Assembly: GCF_036321535.1 (NCBI RefSeq) | Contig: NC_087444.1 | Location: 77,872,001-77,936,000 of the forward strand | Reading direction: 5' to 3' | Length of the DNA stretch: 64,000 bases | DNA from: Camelus dromedarius | Taxonomy: Eukaryota | Shown: piece by piece, positions 50,877 through 62,925 of the stretch | Layout: the number at the start of each line of letters is the position of its first letter | Numbering within the stretch: position 1 is the first letter of the stretch | Notes under the pieces: generated by a model | Seen by the model: only the letters and a program-made list of their open reading frames with translations | What the model was told of the DNA's origin: nothing | The model's database searches: none | Translations under genes and position numbers: made by a program

Positions 50877-53800
50877 ATGGTTGGATCCCACGCAGACATG
50901 GCGCCGGCCTCTACCGCAGAGGGGGCCGGGGAGAAGCCGGGACCCGCGGCTCCCGCTCCGACGGCCCAGTATGAGTGTGGGGAGTGCGGCAAGTCCTTTC
51001 GCTGGTCATCCCGGCTCCTGCACCACCAACGCACGCACACGGGAGAGCGGCCCTACAAGTGCCCCGATTGCCCCAAGGCCTTCAAGGGCTCCTCAGCCCT
51101 GCTGTATCACCAGCGGGGCCACACGGGCGAGCGGCCCTACCAGTGCCCCGACTGCCCCAAGGCCTTCAAGCGCTCGTCACTGCTGCAGATCCATCGCAGC
51201 GTGCACACAGGCCTGCGGGCCTTCACCTGCGGCCAGTGCGGCCTGGCCTTCAAGTGGTCCTCACACTACCAGTACCACCTGCGGCAGCACACGGGCGAGC
51301 GGNNNNNNNNNNNNNNNNNNNNNNNNNNNNNNNNNNNNNNNNNNNNNNNNNNNNNNNNNNNNNNNNNNNNNNNNNNNNNNNNNNNNNNNNNNNNNNNNNN
51401 NNNNNNNNNNNNNNNNNNNNNNNNNNNNNNNNNNNNNNNNNNNNNNNNNNNNNNNNNNNNNNNNNNNNNNNNNNNNNNNNNNNNNNNNNNNNNNNNNNNN
51501 NNNNNNNNNNNNNNNNNNNNNNNNNNNNNNNNNNNNNNNNNNNNNNNNNNNNCCGCCGCCCCGGCCGCGGCCTCCGCCTCCGCCCCTCCGCCGCGGGAGC
51601 CGGGTGGCAAGGTCTTGGTCTCCGATGCCTACCTGCAGCGGCACCTCCAGCCCCCCAGCCCGCCTGCGCCCCCACCGCCTGCGCCCCCGCCCGTGGTGCC
51701 CGAGCTCTTTCTGGCCGCGGCTGAGACCACAGTGGAGCTGGTGTACCGCTGCGACGGCTGTGAGCTGGGCTTCGGCAGCGAGGAGCTGCTCCTGGAGCAC
51801 CAGCCCTGCCCTGGGCCCGAGGCGCCGCCTCCGCCCCAGGACGCGCCCACCGAGCCACCCAAGGCTGACCCTCCCCCGCCGCCCTCTCTGACTCCGTCGT
51901 CCCCCCTGCCGCACCCCCAGCCGGGCGTCGCTGCCGCCCCTGGCTTTGCCTGCCTCCCCTGCGGGAAGTCCTTCCGGACGGTGGCCGGCCTCTCCCGTCA
52001 CCAGCACAGCCATGGGGTGGCTGGCGGGCAGGCATTCCGCTGTGGCAGCTGTGACGGCGCCTTCCCGCAGCTGGCCAGCCTCCTGGCACACCAGCAGTGC
52101 CACGTGGAAGAGGCCGCGGCCGGGCGCCCGCCTCCCCAGGCTGAGGCTGCCGAGGTCACCTGTCCCCAGGAGCCTCTGGCCCCCGTCCCCGCCCCGCCTA
52201 CTCCCGCACCTGCCCCGGCTTCTGCCGAGCGACCCTACAAGTGCGCTGAGTGTGGCAAGGCATTCAAGGGCTCATCCGGGCTGCGCTATCACCTGCGGGA
52301 CCACACGGGTGAGCGGCCCTACCAGTGCGGTGAGTGTGGCAAGGCCTTCAAGCGCTCGTCGCTGCTTGCCNNNNNNNNNNNNNNNNNNNNNNNNNNNNNN
52401 NNNNNNNNNNNNNNNNNNNNNNNNNNNNNNNNNNNNNNNNNNNNNNNNNNNNNNNNNNNNNNNNNNNNNNNNNNNNNNNNNNNNNNNNNNNNNNNNNNNN
52501 NNNNNNNNNNNNNNNNNNGCAACACCTCGTGCCTGCGGCGCCACCGGCACGTGCACACAGGCGAGCGGCCCCACGCCTGCGGCGTGTGCGGCAAGAGCTT
52601 CGCCCAGACCTCCAACCTGCGGCAGCACCAGCGCGTACACACGGGCGAGCGGCCCTTCCGCTGCCCGCTTTGCCCCAAGACCTTCACGCACTCCTCCAAC
52701 CTGCTGCTGCACCAGCGCACCCACTCAGCTGAGCGCCCTTTCGCCTGCCCGATCTGCGGCCGCAGCTTTGTCATGGCCGCCTACCTGCAGCGGCACCTGA
52801 GGACGCATGCCCCCGCCAACACTGCTTCTGGCCCCGCAGCCCCGCCTGCCGGCCCCCAGCCTCCTGCCCCACTGGCTGCCGCCCCAGCCCCCTCTGCCAC
52901 CCAAGATGTCCACGTCCTCCCCCACCTCCAGGCCACACTCTCCCTGGAGGTGGCAGGGGGTACGGCCCAGGCCACACCCCCGGGCCCAGCAGCCCCCAAC
53001 TCCCAGACGTTTCTCCTGGTGCAGACTGCCCAGGGTCTCCAGCTGATCCCCAGCAGCGTCCAACCCTCCACACCCCCGCCCCCACCTGCACCCCCCAAGC
53101 TCATCTTGCTGCCCTCCAGTACTGGTGGTGGGGGCAGCCATGCCAGGCAGGGCCCACGAGCTGGGGGGAAAGCTGGTCAGGGGGCTGGAGTAGTCTGGCT
53201 GCCAGGCCCTGGAGGGTTAGGGATGCAGGGAGGGAGCAACACCGGGGCCAGCACGGGAGGGCAGAGCCTCATAGTTCTGCAGAATGTGGGGGGTGGGGAG
53301 ACAGGGCCGCAGGAAGTGAGTGGGGTCCAGCTCCAGCCCCTTCGGTCAGCCCCAGAACTGACCACGGTCCAGATCCAGCCAGCCCAGGAGGTGACCACAG
53401 TCCAGCTCCAGCCAGCACAGGAGGTGACCACGGTCCAGCTCCAGCCAGCACAGGAGGTGACCACGGTCCAGCTCCAGCCTGTGGCAGGTCAGCTGTCCAG
53501 TTCCAGTGGCGGAGCCATGACTACTGAGGCCCCTAACCTACTGGTGGTTCAGAGTGGGGCAGCCGAGGAGTTGCTGGCAGGCCCTGGCCCCGGGGAGCCT
53601 GGTGATGGTGAGGCCAGCACTGGTGTGGTCCAGGATGTGCTCTTTGAGACCCTGCAGACGGATGAGGGGTTGCAGAGCGTCCTGGTGCTGAGCGGGGCTG
53701 ATGGGGAGCAGACCCAGCTGTGTGTGCAGGAAGTGGAGACCCTACCCCCAGGGCTGGCTGAGCCGCCAGCCCCTGGCCCACAGGGACAGAAACTGCTCAT

Positions 53801-54053
53801 TATCCGCAGTGCTTCAGCCACAGAGCTGCTGGAGAATGGCAGCGTTGGGGGAGGTGCAGCCGCGCTGCAGCTGCTGGCCCCCCCACCACCTAGCCCGGCC
53901 TCTGCTCCTGCGGGCCTCCCTGCGGCTCCTGCCTCCCAGATGGTACAAGTGGTCCCTGCAGGAGCTGCACCTGGTGGCATGACCTCACAGGGTCTACCCT
54001 CTATCCAGATTGTCCAGACTCTGCCCGCAGTCCAGCTGGTGCACACGTTTTGA
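50877..54053 (+). CDS. ZNF628: Zinc finger protein 628 (ZEC), multi-C2H2 transcription factor, large last exon; two N-runs inside
   Basis: Acceptor CGTCAG|GT at 50872. Reads [12 protein letters not shown]..., with C2H2 arrays and TGERPY linkers, Pro-rich spacers and [11 protein letters not shown] repeats, ending AVQLVHTF*. The frame is kept across both N-runs. Confidence 0.96.
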   Translation: MVGSHADMAPASTAEGAGEKPGPAAPAPTAQYECGECGKSFRWSSRLLHHQRTHTGERPYKCPDCPKAFKGSSALLYHQRGHTGERPYQCPDCPKAFKRSSLLQIHRSVHTGLRAFTCGQCGLAFKWSSHYQYHLRQHTGERXXXXXXXXXXXXXXXXXXXXXXXXXXXXXXXXXXXXXXXXXXXXXXXXXXXXXXXXXXXXXXXXXXXXXXXXXXXXXXXXXXXXAAPAAASASAPPPREPGGKVLVSDAYLQRHLQPPSPPAPPPPAPPPVVPELFLAAAETTVELVYRCDGCELGFGSEELLLEHQPCPGPEAPPPPQDAPTEPPKADPPPPPSLTPSSPLPHPQPGVAAAPGFACLPCGKSFRTVAGLSRHQHSHGVAGGQAFRCGSCDGAFPQLASLLAHQQCHVEEAAAGRPPPQAEAAEVTCPQEPLAPVPAPPTPAPAPASAERPYKCAECGKAFKGSSGLRYHLRDHTGERPYQCGECGKAFKRSSLLAXXXXXXXXXXXXXXXXXXXXXXXXXXXXXXXXXXXXXXXXXXXXXXXXXXNTSCLRRHRHVHTGERPHACGVCGKSFAQTSNLRQHQRVHTGERPFRCPLCPKTFTHSSNLLLHQRTHSAERPFACPICGRSFVMAAYLQRHLRTHAPANTASGPAAPPAGPQPPAPLAAAPAPSATQDVHVLPHLQATLSLEVAGGTAQATPPGPAAPNSQTFLLVQTAQGLQLIPSSVQPSTPPPPPAPPKLILLPSSTGGGGSHARQGPRAGGKAGQGAGVVWLPGPGGLGMQGGSNTGASTGGQSLIVLQNVGGGETGPQEVSGVQLQPLRSAPELTTVQIQPAQEVTTVQLQPAQEVTTVQLQPAQEVTTVQLQPVAGQLSSSSGGAMTTEAPNLLVVQSGAAEELLAGPGPGEPGDGEASTGVVQDVLFETLQTDEGLQSVLVLSGADGEQTQLCVQEVETLPPGLAEPPAPGPQGQKLLIIRSASATELLENGSVGGGAAALQLLAPPPPSPASAPAGLPAAPASQMVQVVPAGAAPGGMTSQGLPSIQIVQTLPAVQLVHTF
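53351..53480 (+). repeat. ZNF628: Coding 33-bp tandem repeat x4 (P[A]QEVTTVQLQ)
   Basis: CAGGAGGTGACCACGGTCCAGCTCCAGCCAGCA units, with the first unit diverged (PELTTVQIQ). Confidence 0.9.
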
Positions 54054-54157
54054 CTAGAGCCACTGTTACCTCTTCCTGCCCTACACAGAGACCCGGACGC
54101 ACTGTCCACCATGGCTAAGCTAAGATCGGGGGAGGGGAGCTGCAGGCTGGACTTGCT

Positions 54158-54163
54158 AATAAA
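54158..54163 (+). terminator. ZNF628: ZNF628 polyadenylation signal AATAAA
   Basis: ~105 nt after the stop, followed by a T/GT-rich downstream element (CTGTGTTTTTGTTTT). Confidence 0.85.
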
Positions 54164-54479
54164 GACCAGAATCTCCTCTCCTGTGTTTTTGTTTTATTAG
54201 TGGGGTAGGAGGTCAGTGTTAAGACTCATCTCTTGCTTCCTGGTTCACAGGTGACTTGCTTTGCTTCTTGGGGCCAGCCACTTCTGTGTGGGGTTCTGTT
54301 TGTCCTTAAAAAAAAGGGGATGCAGTGGTCACTATACGGGGAGGCACTGGAATCTAGAATCCTGGTTTTGTCACTTGTTCCCTGTAAGTCACCCCACCCA
54401 TCCCCTCACGAAAAAACGGGTGGCTGCGAATGCTTACCCTAAAGGTCACTGAGAGCCCGGGTGGGTTGGGGTGGGTGAG

Positions 54480-55100
54480 TTTGGGAGCTAGAGAGCTCAG
54501 GATGCGACGCGGCCCCTCCCACGAAGGCCCGGGAGTCTGAGAATTGATCCATTCCCTTCGTCGCCCCGCCCCACCCCCGCGCTCAGGTTGCTCAGCAACA
54601 AGGGGACTTCTGGAAGGTAGCTGGCTTTCAGCGCGTGCGGTTAAGTACCGCTCCTCGTCCCCACCCCTCCGGGTCTACTGATCCCATCCTCTCCCTCCTG
54701 CCCTCTACCCCGCCAGCGTCCGTGTGGGTCTTCCTACCGGCCCCCTTTCTCCATTGCTCCCCCTCTACCTCACGTCCGTCAGGGTCGCGGCTCCCTGCCC
54801 TGGTCTAGTCCCAGCCCAGGCTAGACTTCCTCCACCCGCCTCCAGAAGTGTGACAACAGTTGCTAAGGCCGGGTGCAGGCCCCGCCCCGCCCCCCCGCAG
54901 CGCGCGAGTCTGACGTCACTTCCTTCGGCGACCCCTTCCCGACCCTGCCCCCCCAACCCCTTGTCAAAAGCAAAGCGACTCGCAGAGGTGCTTGCAGGTC
55001 CTACTTCCCGCGACGCCGTTCGGGGGTGGTTGGGCGCAGAGAGGCTCTGGGCACTGGGGGTCAGAAGCGCGGTCCCTTCCCCAGGAGCCTGGGAGGGAGC
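54480..55100 (+). promoter_or_regulatory. NAT14: NAT14 CpG-rich promoter
   Basis: GC boxes, inverted repeat GTTGCT-C-AGCAAC (X-box-like) at 54587-54599, and CRE TGACGTCA at 54911-54918 overlapping the ETS core CACTTCC. Confidence 0.7.
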
Positions 55101-55400
55101 CCCGTGTTGCCAGTTGTTGACGTGCACGGGCCGTTCAGGCGTAGATCGCTGAACCTTACGGAGAGCCTGGGGGCATCCTGGGAGACTTCAGAAAGATCGT
55201 TGGGTTGGGAGGAAGCCTGCCGTGTCTCGACCCTCGCTTGGGGGCCGCGAGCGTCCTCAGTGACCTATCTTTGACATGCTGCTGCTTGTCCGCAGCTCTG
55301 GGGTGCTTTGGGCACCAGAGGTGCCCTCCTGACGCTGACCTGCTTGTTTTCGCCAGGTGCACGCCTGCTCCCTTGGGGGCGCGGGAGCCTGGGGGCTGCA

Positions 55401-55472
55401 ATGGCCCCCAGCCACTTGTCGGTGCGGGAGATGAGGGAAGATGAGAAACCCTTAGTGCTGGAGATGCTAAAG
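55401..55472 (+). CDS. NAT14: NAT14 first coding exon (MAPSHLSVREMREDEKPLVLEMLK)
   Basis: Acceptor TTTTCGCCAG| at 55357, ATG at 55401, donor AAG|GTGAGA. 72 nt, phase 0. Confidence 0.95.
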
Positions 55473-56282
55473 GTGAGAGCGGGCAGGGGCGTCAGTGAGC
55501 CTGGGACCGGGCGCCTGTGAACCTGGGTGGGTGGAGGGTACCGGTGAGGGACACCAGGGAGCCTGGGAACGGGGCGGGGGCAGAATGGGGGACCAATAAG
55601 CGTGGGGGGGCGGGGACACCAGAGAGCCTGGGAGGGGCAGGGCCGGCCTAGTGAGTGGCTTCGGCCACCTTCCTGAGGCAGCCCTGACTCCTGGGGAGCC
55701 GCCTTTTCCTCCTAAGAGACTTACTAGCTTGGCCCTTTCTCTCTCTAGTACCTTCTCCCTATCCTGGGGGTCAAGAAGGGTTTTAACAGCTGGAGGGCTG
55801 TGGAGTCGATGGCACACCAAGTCTTTCCGTAGTCTGCCCACTTCCAGTCTGCTCTACACCCCAACTTCCTGCTCTTCAAAGCAGAATCCCTGGGCCTCAG
55901 CTTGGCATTCGAATACCCGTAGTCCCCCTCTAGCGTCCTCTCTTGCTGTCGAGAGCGTGCTGCTACTCTGGCTTGGGGCATTTCCTCTATCCAGCCTTCC
56001 CTGGTGCCCCGCACATGCACCTGCACCTGCACTGAATGGGGAGCCCCACAGCTCCTAATTCACCCATTCACTCACTCAAAGCCTGGTGTGCCAGCCCTGT
56101 GTTCCTTCATGCCCACAGCAGATGTGGTCCTAGCCCCTCTGCCACAGGCCCCAACTCACTACCTGCCTGCCTTCGCCTCTAGCAGCCCCCACCCCGGATC
56201 CTTCCTGGGCAAGGTCTGCCTCCTCTCCTAGTCCCTGCTGCCCCTGGGAGCCCCCCACTCTGACTGTTCCTCCTGCCCACAG

Positions 56283-56831
56283 GCTGGTGTGAAGGACACA
56301 GAGAACCGCGTGGCCCTCCACGCCCTGACACGGCCGCCAGCCCTGCTCCTCCTGGCGGCAGCCAGCAGTGGCCTGCGCTTCGTCCTGGCCTCCTTTGCCC
56401 TGGCCCTCCTCCTGCCCGTGTTCCTGGCTGTGGTGGCCATGAAGCTGGGCCTGCGGGCCCGGTGGGGCTCGCTGCCCCCACCGGGCAGCCTGGGGGGCCC
56501 CTGGGTGGCTGTGAGGGGCTCAGGCGACGTGTGCGGGGTCCTGGCCCTGGCCCCAGGCTCCAGTGCTGGTGATGGGGCCCGGGTCACCCGCCTCTCTGTC
56601 TCTCGCTGGCATCGCCGCCGAGGCGTGGGCAGGCAGCTGCTGGCCTTTGCTGAATCCCGGACTCGAGCCTGGGCGGGCAGCATGGGGGAGACCCGGGCCC
56701 GGCTCGTGGTCCCGGTGGCTGTGGCGGCGTGGGGTGTGGCAGGGATGCTGGAGGGCTGCGGCTACCAGCCCGAGGGGAGCTGGGGCTGCATGGGCTACCC
56801 GCTGGTGAGAGAGTTCGGCAAGGACCTGTGA
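56283..56831 (+). CDS. NAT14: NAT14 last exon: membrane-associated GNAT N-acetyltransferase 14
   Basis: Acceptor CCCACAG|GCT. Hydrophobic segment LLLLAAASSGLRFVLASFALALLLPVFLAVV and acetyl-CoA motif RRRGVGRQLL. Ends REFGKDL*. Total 206 aa. Confidence 0.96.
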   Translation, partial: AGVKDTENRVALHALTRPPALLLLAAASSGLRFVLASFALALLLPVFLAVVAMKLGLRARWGSLPPPGSLGGPWVAVRGSGDVCGVLALAPGSSAGDGARVTRLSVSRWHRRRGVGRQLLAFAESRTRAWAGSMGETRARLVVPVAVAAWGVAGMLEGCGYQPEGSWGCMGYPLVREFGKDL

Positions 56832-57416
56832 CTCCACAGCCCAGAGGGAGGAAAACCAACACTTAGTGAGCATGCGCTGTGTGCAGGCACTTTCACAGCC
56901 TCCCTCCTTCTGTGGATTCCCCAGCCCACCCAGGGCCCAGAGACTGAGGCCCACAAAGGGCAGGAGACCCCACCGCAGCCTGACATCTGTCTGCAGCGTT
57001 TGAACTTCTCAGAGAGGTCGACCTGTCCAGCCCCTGCCTCTGGTTCTGTCTGCACTGAGAAATTTCCCCGTCTGTCTGTCTGTCTGCCAGGCCATTGCCG
57101 CTCGTGCTGCGGGCCTGGGAGAGAGACGTGGTGGGAGGAGAGGAGGCCCCTCCACCAGGGTTAGGGCTTGCTGCAGGGGCAACCCAAGCGGGGAGCAGAC
57201 CCCCGGGAATGGGATGGGGATCGATGCCCGTGCTTGGAGGGGTTGAGTCTGCAGAGGCAGAGAGGGGGTGAGCGGAGCCTTTGCTGAGGAGGGTTGTCTG
57301 TGTAGAGAGCCCCCCCCGGGGGGGGGGAGGCACAGGGTTGCCCAGCTAGCCCCTCCCCGGAAGGTGAGAGCCGGGAGGGGCTGTCAGACCCATCTGGTTT
57401 TTCACACCGGTTTGCT

Positions 57417-57422
57417 AATAAA
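57417..57422 (+). terminator. NAT14: NAT14 polyadenylation signal AATAAA
   Basis: ~585 nt after the stop, followed by CT/GT-rich sequence. Confidence 0.8.
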
Positions 57423-58437
57423 GCCTGAAACTTCTGTGCGCCTGTCTCCCTCTCTCTGATGCCTTTTCCAGTCTGTCTCGGAACCCCTCCTTCTGTCTGA
57501 CTCCTCCTTTCCCAGGGTTGACATTAATTGTCAGCGGTGGGGGTTCTGGACTGGGAGCAGGGGAGGCAATGAGCTCACGGCAGCCCCGCTCCCTGCCAGA
57601 GCTCTGACTCACGCTCCCCATTACCAAATTTTTTCCGCCTCACAGCTGCTTAGTGCAGTGTGTGTGTGTGTGTAGTACCCCTCCTCCACCCAAGCCTTGA
57701 CCCTTAGTCCTTTCAACCCCCGACCCGTTTCCTAAGGAGACACACAAGTTCAACCACCGGTCCCTCAGACGGGGCTGGGGACTTTGTGCACAAATCTGCA
57801 GGGCGGGGGGGAGGTGTTGGAGAGAGGGGTTTCTCAGTCTCTTTTTCCAGTCCAGGAAGTCCTTCCTGGTGTCTGGCTGCAAGCCCTCTTGCTGCATCGT
57901 GAATCCCAGATGTGCTAGGTCCCCAGCCCCAGGAGCTGATGTGAATTTACCCTCAATCCCCTGTACTGTGGTCCCACCACACTTCCCTGGCTGGACAAAA
58001 GAGGAGGCAGATGGGTGGGCGCCCCACCCATGGCCCCTGCTGTCCCCCCAGGCACACCCCTGTCTGGATCCTTCCCTGCAGCCTGCTGCCCCTTAAGCAT
58101 CTCTAAGTACAGCACGCCTGGCCAGCGTCTCCCGTGTGGGTGTTTGCAGTTGGACACCCTCCCTCCCGCCTGCCACCGCCCTCCTCCCCAGGCCTCAGCC
58201 GAGGGCCAGCCCCCTCCCCGCCCCCCCTCCTGTCCCCTGCTGCCTCCTCGGCAGCCTCTCTTCCTCCTGGCAAAGCGTCCAGCCCCTGCCTGCTCCTCCG
58301 CGGGTCCAGGTCCTGGGCGCCTCCACAGGCGAGTCCCTCCCTCCTTCTCTCCCTCCCTCCCAACAGTGGCCACCACCTCCTCCCCTCTCTCCTGCTCCTG
58401 TCCCCTTTCACCCCATCCCTGCCCGGACTCTGCAAAC

Positions 58438-58462
58438 ATGAGGGTCTTGGCCTGCCTCCTCG
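58438..58462 (+). CDS. SSC5D: SSC5D exon 1 (MRVLACLL), signal peptide start
   Basis: GCAAACATGAGG start, donor G|GTGAGT. 25 nt. Confidence 0.92.
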
Positions 58463-58905
58463 GTGAGTGACCCCTTCTCCTCCGGGACTCAGGGGCCTAG
58501 GCCCCACCTTCTGACCCCTGAGCTCATCCACTTGAGAGACTCAGACTTTTGGGGCCCTGTCCCTGTCGCTTGGGGAATACGGGACATCTGGCTCTCCTTG
58601 CCTGATTCCCCAATTCCCCAGGGACCCAGCCTCTGGCATACCCCATCCTACCCTTTTAGGAGCCCTAGGGACCTACCTGCCCCCACCAGAAGCCCTGACC
58701 CTGTTGGGGGCACCCCCCATTTGCCCTTTAGCCAGGCCCCTGGGGGAGCGCACAGCCCTGACCTGTGGCATCTGGAGCCCCGCCCATCTCTAGGACCTGA
58801 ACCTGGCCATGCCTTCGGCCCAGAGTTCTGCTTCCCAGGGGCAGGGTTTCTGGTGCAGAGGCGTGAGGCCCTCACTTTGTCCCACTCCTCCAACCTCCCT
58901 TCCAG

Positions 58906-58932
58906 TGGCTCTGATGGGGATCCAGGCTGTTG
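58906..58932 (+). CDS. SSC5D: SSC5D exon 2 (VALMGIQAV)
   Basis: Acceptor CCTTCCAG|TG, donor G|GTAAGT. 27 nt, phase 1-1. Confidence 0.9.
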
Positions 58933-59222
58933 GTAAGTGGCCCCGAACAATTCTGTCTGGCCTTGCTCAGCTCCAAGCCCACCCCATGCCCAGCCTCACC
59001 CTCCACTGGGACCCTGGCCCCCCCATCCACCTATGACCTCGGGCACCACATCCCCCAGAACCACCTGGGTGTCCAGCCTCCTGCTTCCTATGAGGCATCA
59101 CCGCTCTTCTGGGCACCCAGGAGTTGGGCTCCCAGTCATGCCCTGCAGGACAGCCCCCAGCCCCTGCCTACCCCCTGCCCCAGGGTCTCTAGGATGTCAC
59201 AGCCTTTCCTCTGTTCCCACAG

Positions 59223-59531
59223 AGCGGCTGCGTCTGGCCGATGGCCCCCATGGGTGCGCTGGTCGCCTGGAGGTGTGGCACACTGGGCGCTGGGGGACCG
59301 TGTGTGACGACGGCTGGGACCTGCGGGATGCCGCCGTGGCCTGCCGGGAACTGGGCTGTGGTGGGGCGCTGGCCGCCCCTGGAGGCGCCTTCTTCGGGGA
59401 GGGCGTGGGGCCCGTGTGGCTGAGCGAGCTGGCTTGCCGGGGCAGTGAGCGGCAGCTGGGCCTCTGCCCCCACCGCGGCTGGAAGGCCCACATCTGCTCC
59501 CACGAGGAGGACGCCGGCGTCGTCTGTGCAG
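59223..59531 (+). CDS. SSC5D: SSC5D exon 3, SRCR domain 1
   Basis: [51 protein letters not shown]. 309 nt, phase 1-1. Confidence 0.97.
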
Positions 59532-60213
59532 GTAGGGGACCCTTGACCCCCTCTGGGGGCACTCCTTCTGAGATGGCACAGGGACCCAAGTCCTCAGCTC
59601 AGTAACTCTGAGAATCCAGAAGTCCATACCCCCTGACACCACCTACAAAGCCAGGACTTACCACTGCCCTGGAGAGCCCAGCCCTCACCTCACTCAGGGC
59701 CTTCCCTCTCCATAGCATCTGGGTGTTGGACTGTGGAGATGTTGAATAAAATTCTCCAAACAGAGAAGGAACTTTGAACCAAAAAACAAAGCAGGCAATT
59801 AGGAAGTTTATTCTGGGGAACTCACAGGCAGGAAAGATCAAGAGGATGGCAGACTGGAGGCCTTAATTTGCAGCCGGGCTTCACTCCACCGAAAGGGTTG
59901 CAGGGAGATTAAAGAGGCCACAGCTAGAGGTAGATCTGACTACCAAGGGAGAAGCATGTCTGCACGGTTGGGAACTGGAGGTTTTCCTCCCTCCGGGGGT
60001 CTTATGACCATTATTCCTCATGAGTGGTTAACCTTGCATCAGCAAAAGGCATTCTTCCTGTTTTTACATCGAAGGAAGGGAAGGGTAAGAGTTGATAGGG
60101 AACCTATCTGGCTTGGGCACGTTCCTCGTGGTAGGCTAAAACTCAGCCATGCAGAGAGGGGTGGGGTAGGACCATGGGCCTGAAAAAATGGATCAGTGTG
60201 ACGTCTCCTGAAG

Positions 60214-60333
60214 GTCAGCGTGTGGCCGACTCCAGGGACCAGGACAACACACCTTCCATCCTGGATGGGGACCCCTGGCCGGGGCTGTCTGGGGAGCTGA
60301 GCCCTGGCTCTGAGGAGCCCCCCGTGACGCATG
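60214..60333 (+). CDS. SSC5D: SSC5D exon 4, linker (QRVADSRDQDN...EPPVTH)
   Basis: Acceptor CTGAAG|GT, donor G|GTGAGC. 120 nt, phase 1-1. Confidence 0.88.
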
Positions 60334-60525
60334 GTGAGCCCACCCCGCCCGTTCCCTCTCTCCTGCTGCAGCTGGGAGGGAGAAGGGGCAGACAGAGGCC
60401 CATCTCCAACACACTCCTAAGGGCCTCTGCCATGGCCCCCTTCAGACCTTTGTGGACTCTCAGGGCTGACCTGCAGCTCCAGGAGGTGCAGCCCTGATCT
60501 CCCTCTCTGCTGTTTCCTCGCCAAG

Positions 60526-60639
60526 CCCCCCGCCCAGCCGGGACCCCCCAGAACAGCTCCCGGAAGAAGAGCTCCCGGCCGCCCAAGCAGGCCAAGTCCA
60601 CTAGGGCTCCTTTGCTGACTGCTGGAGCCCCCCGCCAGG
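60526..60639 (+). CDS. SSC5D: SSC5D exon 5, basic linker (APRPAGTPQNSSRKKSSRPPKQAKSTRAPLLTAGAPRQ)
   Basis: Acceptor CGCCAAG|CC, donor G|GTAAGT. 114 nt, translated by hand. Confidence 0.88.
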
Positions 60640-60911
60640 GTAAGTGCCCGCAGGCATCCCGTCTGCAAATCTGGGTCGGGGAGGCCCGAGGTCCCACTGG
60701 ACCAAACTGGGGAACTGCCCCCTGGGTGCTCTCCTCTTAACCTGTGGCCCCAGCAGGGCTCCAGCATGCACCACATCCCCGGGGATTCAGTCTGGCCCAG
60801 GCTCCCCATCATGTCCCTGCACCTTGCCTGGTCAGGAGACCCAGTATCCATGGCTGCTGGCGGCCGATCTTAGGCCTCTGCCCACTCCGGGGCTCAGTTT
60901 CCCCAGATTGA

Positions 60912-61466
<555 letters not shown>

Positions 61467-62368
61467 TAAGCACCAGCCCCTGCTGGAGACAGACACAGCA
61501 CACACCTGAGACCCTGTCCTGGCTCTCATGACTTTCTGTTCGGGTGCTGTAGGACACAGCCCGCACAGGGCAGGGATGGCCCACAGGTGTGGGTTGGGAC
61601 ATTTCAGGGGCTGCAGGCTGACAGGAGATGCACCCCCAGTCAGGGGTGCAGGAGATGCCTAAGTCAGTGGACAGGAGTGGAGAGAGGGTGCGGATTTCCA
61701 CCTGAGACCTTGCGCCGTGCTAAGTGGCAGTCGGGAGCCGGCTCTAAGCCTCACCCCTGCTTGGACGGGCTCGCCTCACCTTCCCAGATGCAGACTGAGA
61801 TGTAAAGCAAATGGCCTAGAACCTGACCCGCCGGGTCTGTCCCGCAGCACAGATGGATCTGGGTATCTGGTATGCAGGGAGTGGGGGGACAGAGACCAGG
61901 GGCACACAGGTTGGGGCTCAGGTCGGTGGACTGGAGGCAGTAAGGGTGACCCCTCCACGTGCTGTTATATTGTGGAGAGCTTGTGAGGACGGAAGTGGCA
62001 TCTCTGGATGCCCAGTTTCTGGGAGGTGAGTGGAGGCTCCAGAGGAGGTCAAGTTGTTGTGGGGAAGAAGTGAACCCCACTGAGGGAAACAGGATGGTAA
62101 GGAACTGTGGGTTTCTTACCATCTTTGCTCCTCAGGGCAGCCCAGAGAGGGAGCTCCCTCTTAAAGCGGGGAGATTTAGGCCAGAAGTATCTCAGCCTCT
62201 CTGGCCTGTCCTCTTCTCTAAAACACCAATGGGGGTGATTTTGCACCACCCCCCCAGAATGGGGGCTAGAGAGACGGACTCCACACTCCCCAAAGGTGAC
62301 CCAGCTCTCACCCTAAAAGGACCCAATGGAATTGTACTCCCAGACCAACTAGAGTTTGGTATCTAGAC

Positions 62369-62583
62369 TAGTGGTTCTCAACCTTGGGGCGATTCCCCAC
62401 CCTGCTCCCCAGGGGACATCAGCAATGTTTGGGGACATTTCTGGTCATCACAACTGTGGGGGGAGTGGGGGTGCTTCTGGGGCCCAGGGACACTGCTGGA
62501 CATCCCACTGCATACAGCACGGCCCCCACAGCAGAGAATGATCTGACCCCTGATGTCAGTGGTGCTGAGGCTCAGAAGCCCTG
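62369..62583 (+). mobile_element. MER20 in an SSC5D intron
   Basis: TAGTGGTTCTCAACC..GGGGACATCAGCAATGTTTGGGGACATTTCTGGTCATCACAACTG. Confidence 0.8.
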
Positions 62584-62925
62584 CTTTACTGGCCTGGGGA
62601 AGGCAGCTGGGGAGTGGGGAACCACCTGGGGAGTTAGGGGGGCGGGTCAAGACCAGTGTTGTCCCTGGGGAGGCAGGGACGATGTTGGGAGGTAGGGGGT
62701 GTGGATAGACCCGAGTTGGACTCTAGGTGAATGACTAACCATCCCGGAGCCTTTTCGTCCTTTGCAAACTGAAGGTGGAGGGCCGACTCCAGCACCATCT
62801 CAGGCATGACGCAGGACCCCATGTAGCCGTGCCTTCTCACCCATCCTGGGTCCCTGCATGCACCTAGGTGCCGGCTCATCCATCACGGTCTTCCCTCTCT
62901 GCTCTCTCCCCCTCCCCACATCCAG

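Noticed and set aside
51250-52103. 279-280 aa minus-strand ORFs over ZNF628
   Set aside because: Antisense shadows, inflated by N-runs.
54151-57425. Identical TGCTAATAAAG context at the ZNF628 and NAT14 polyA signals
   Set aside because: Only 5 nt beyond the hexamer are shared, which is compatible with chance.
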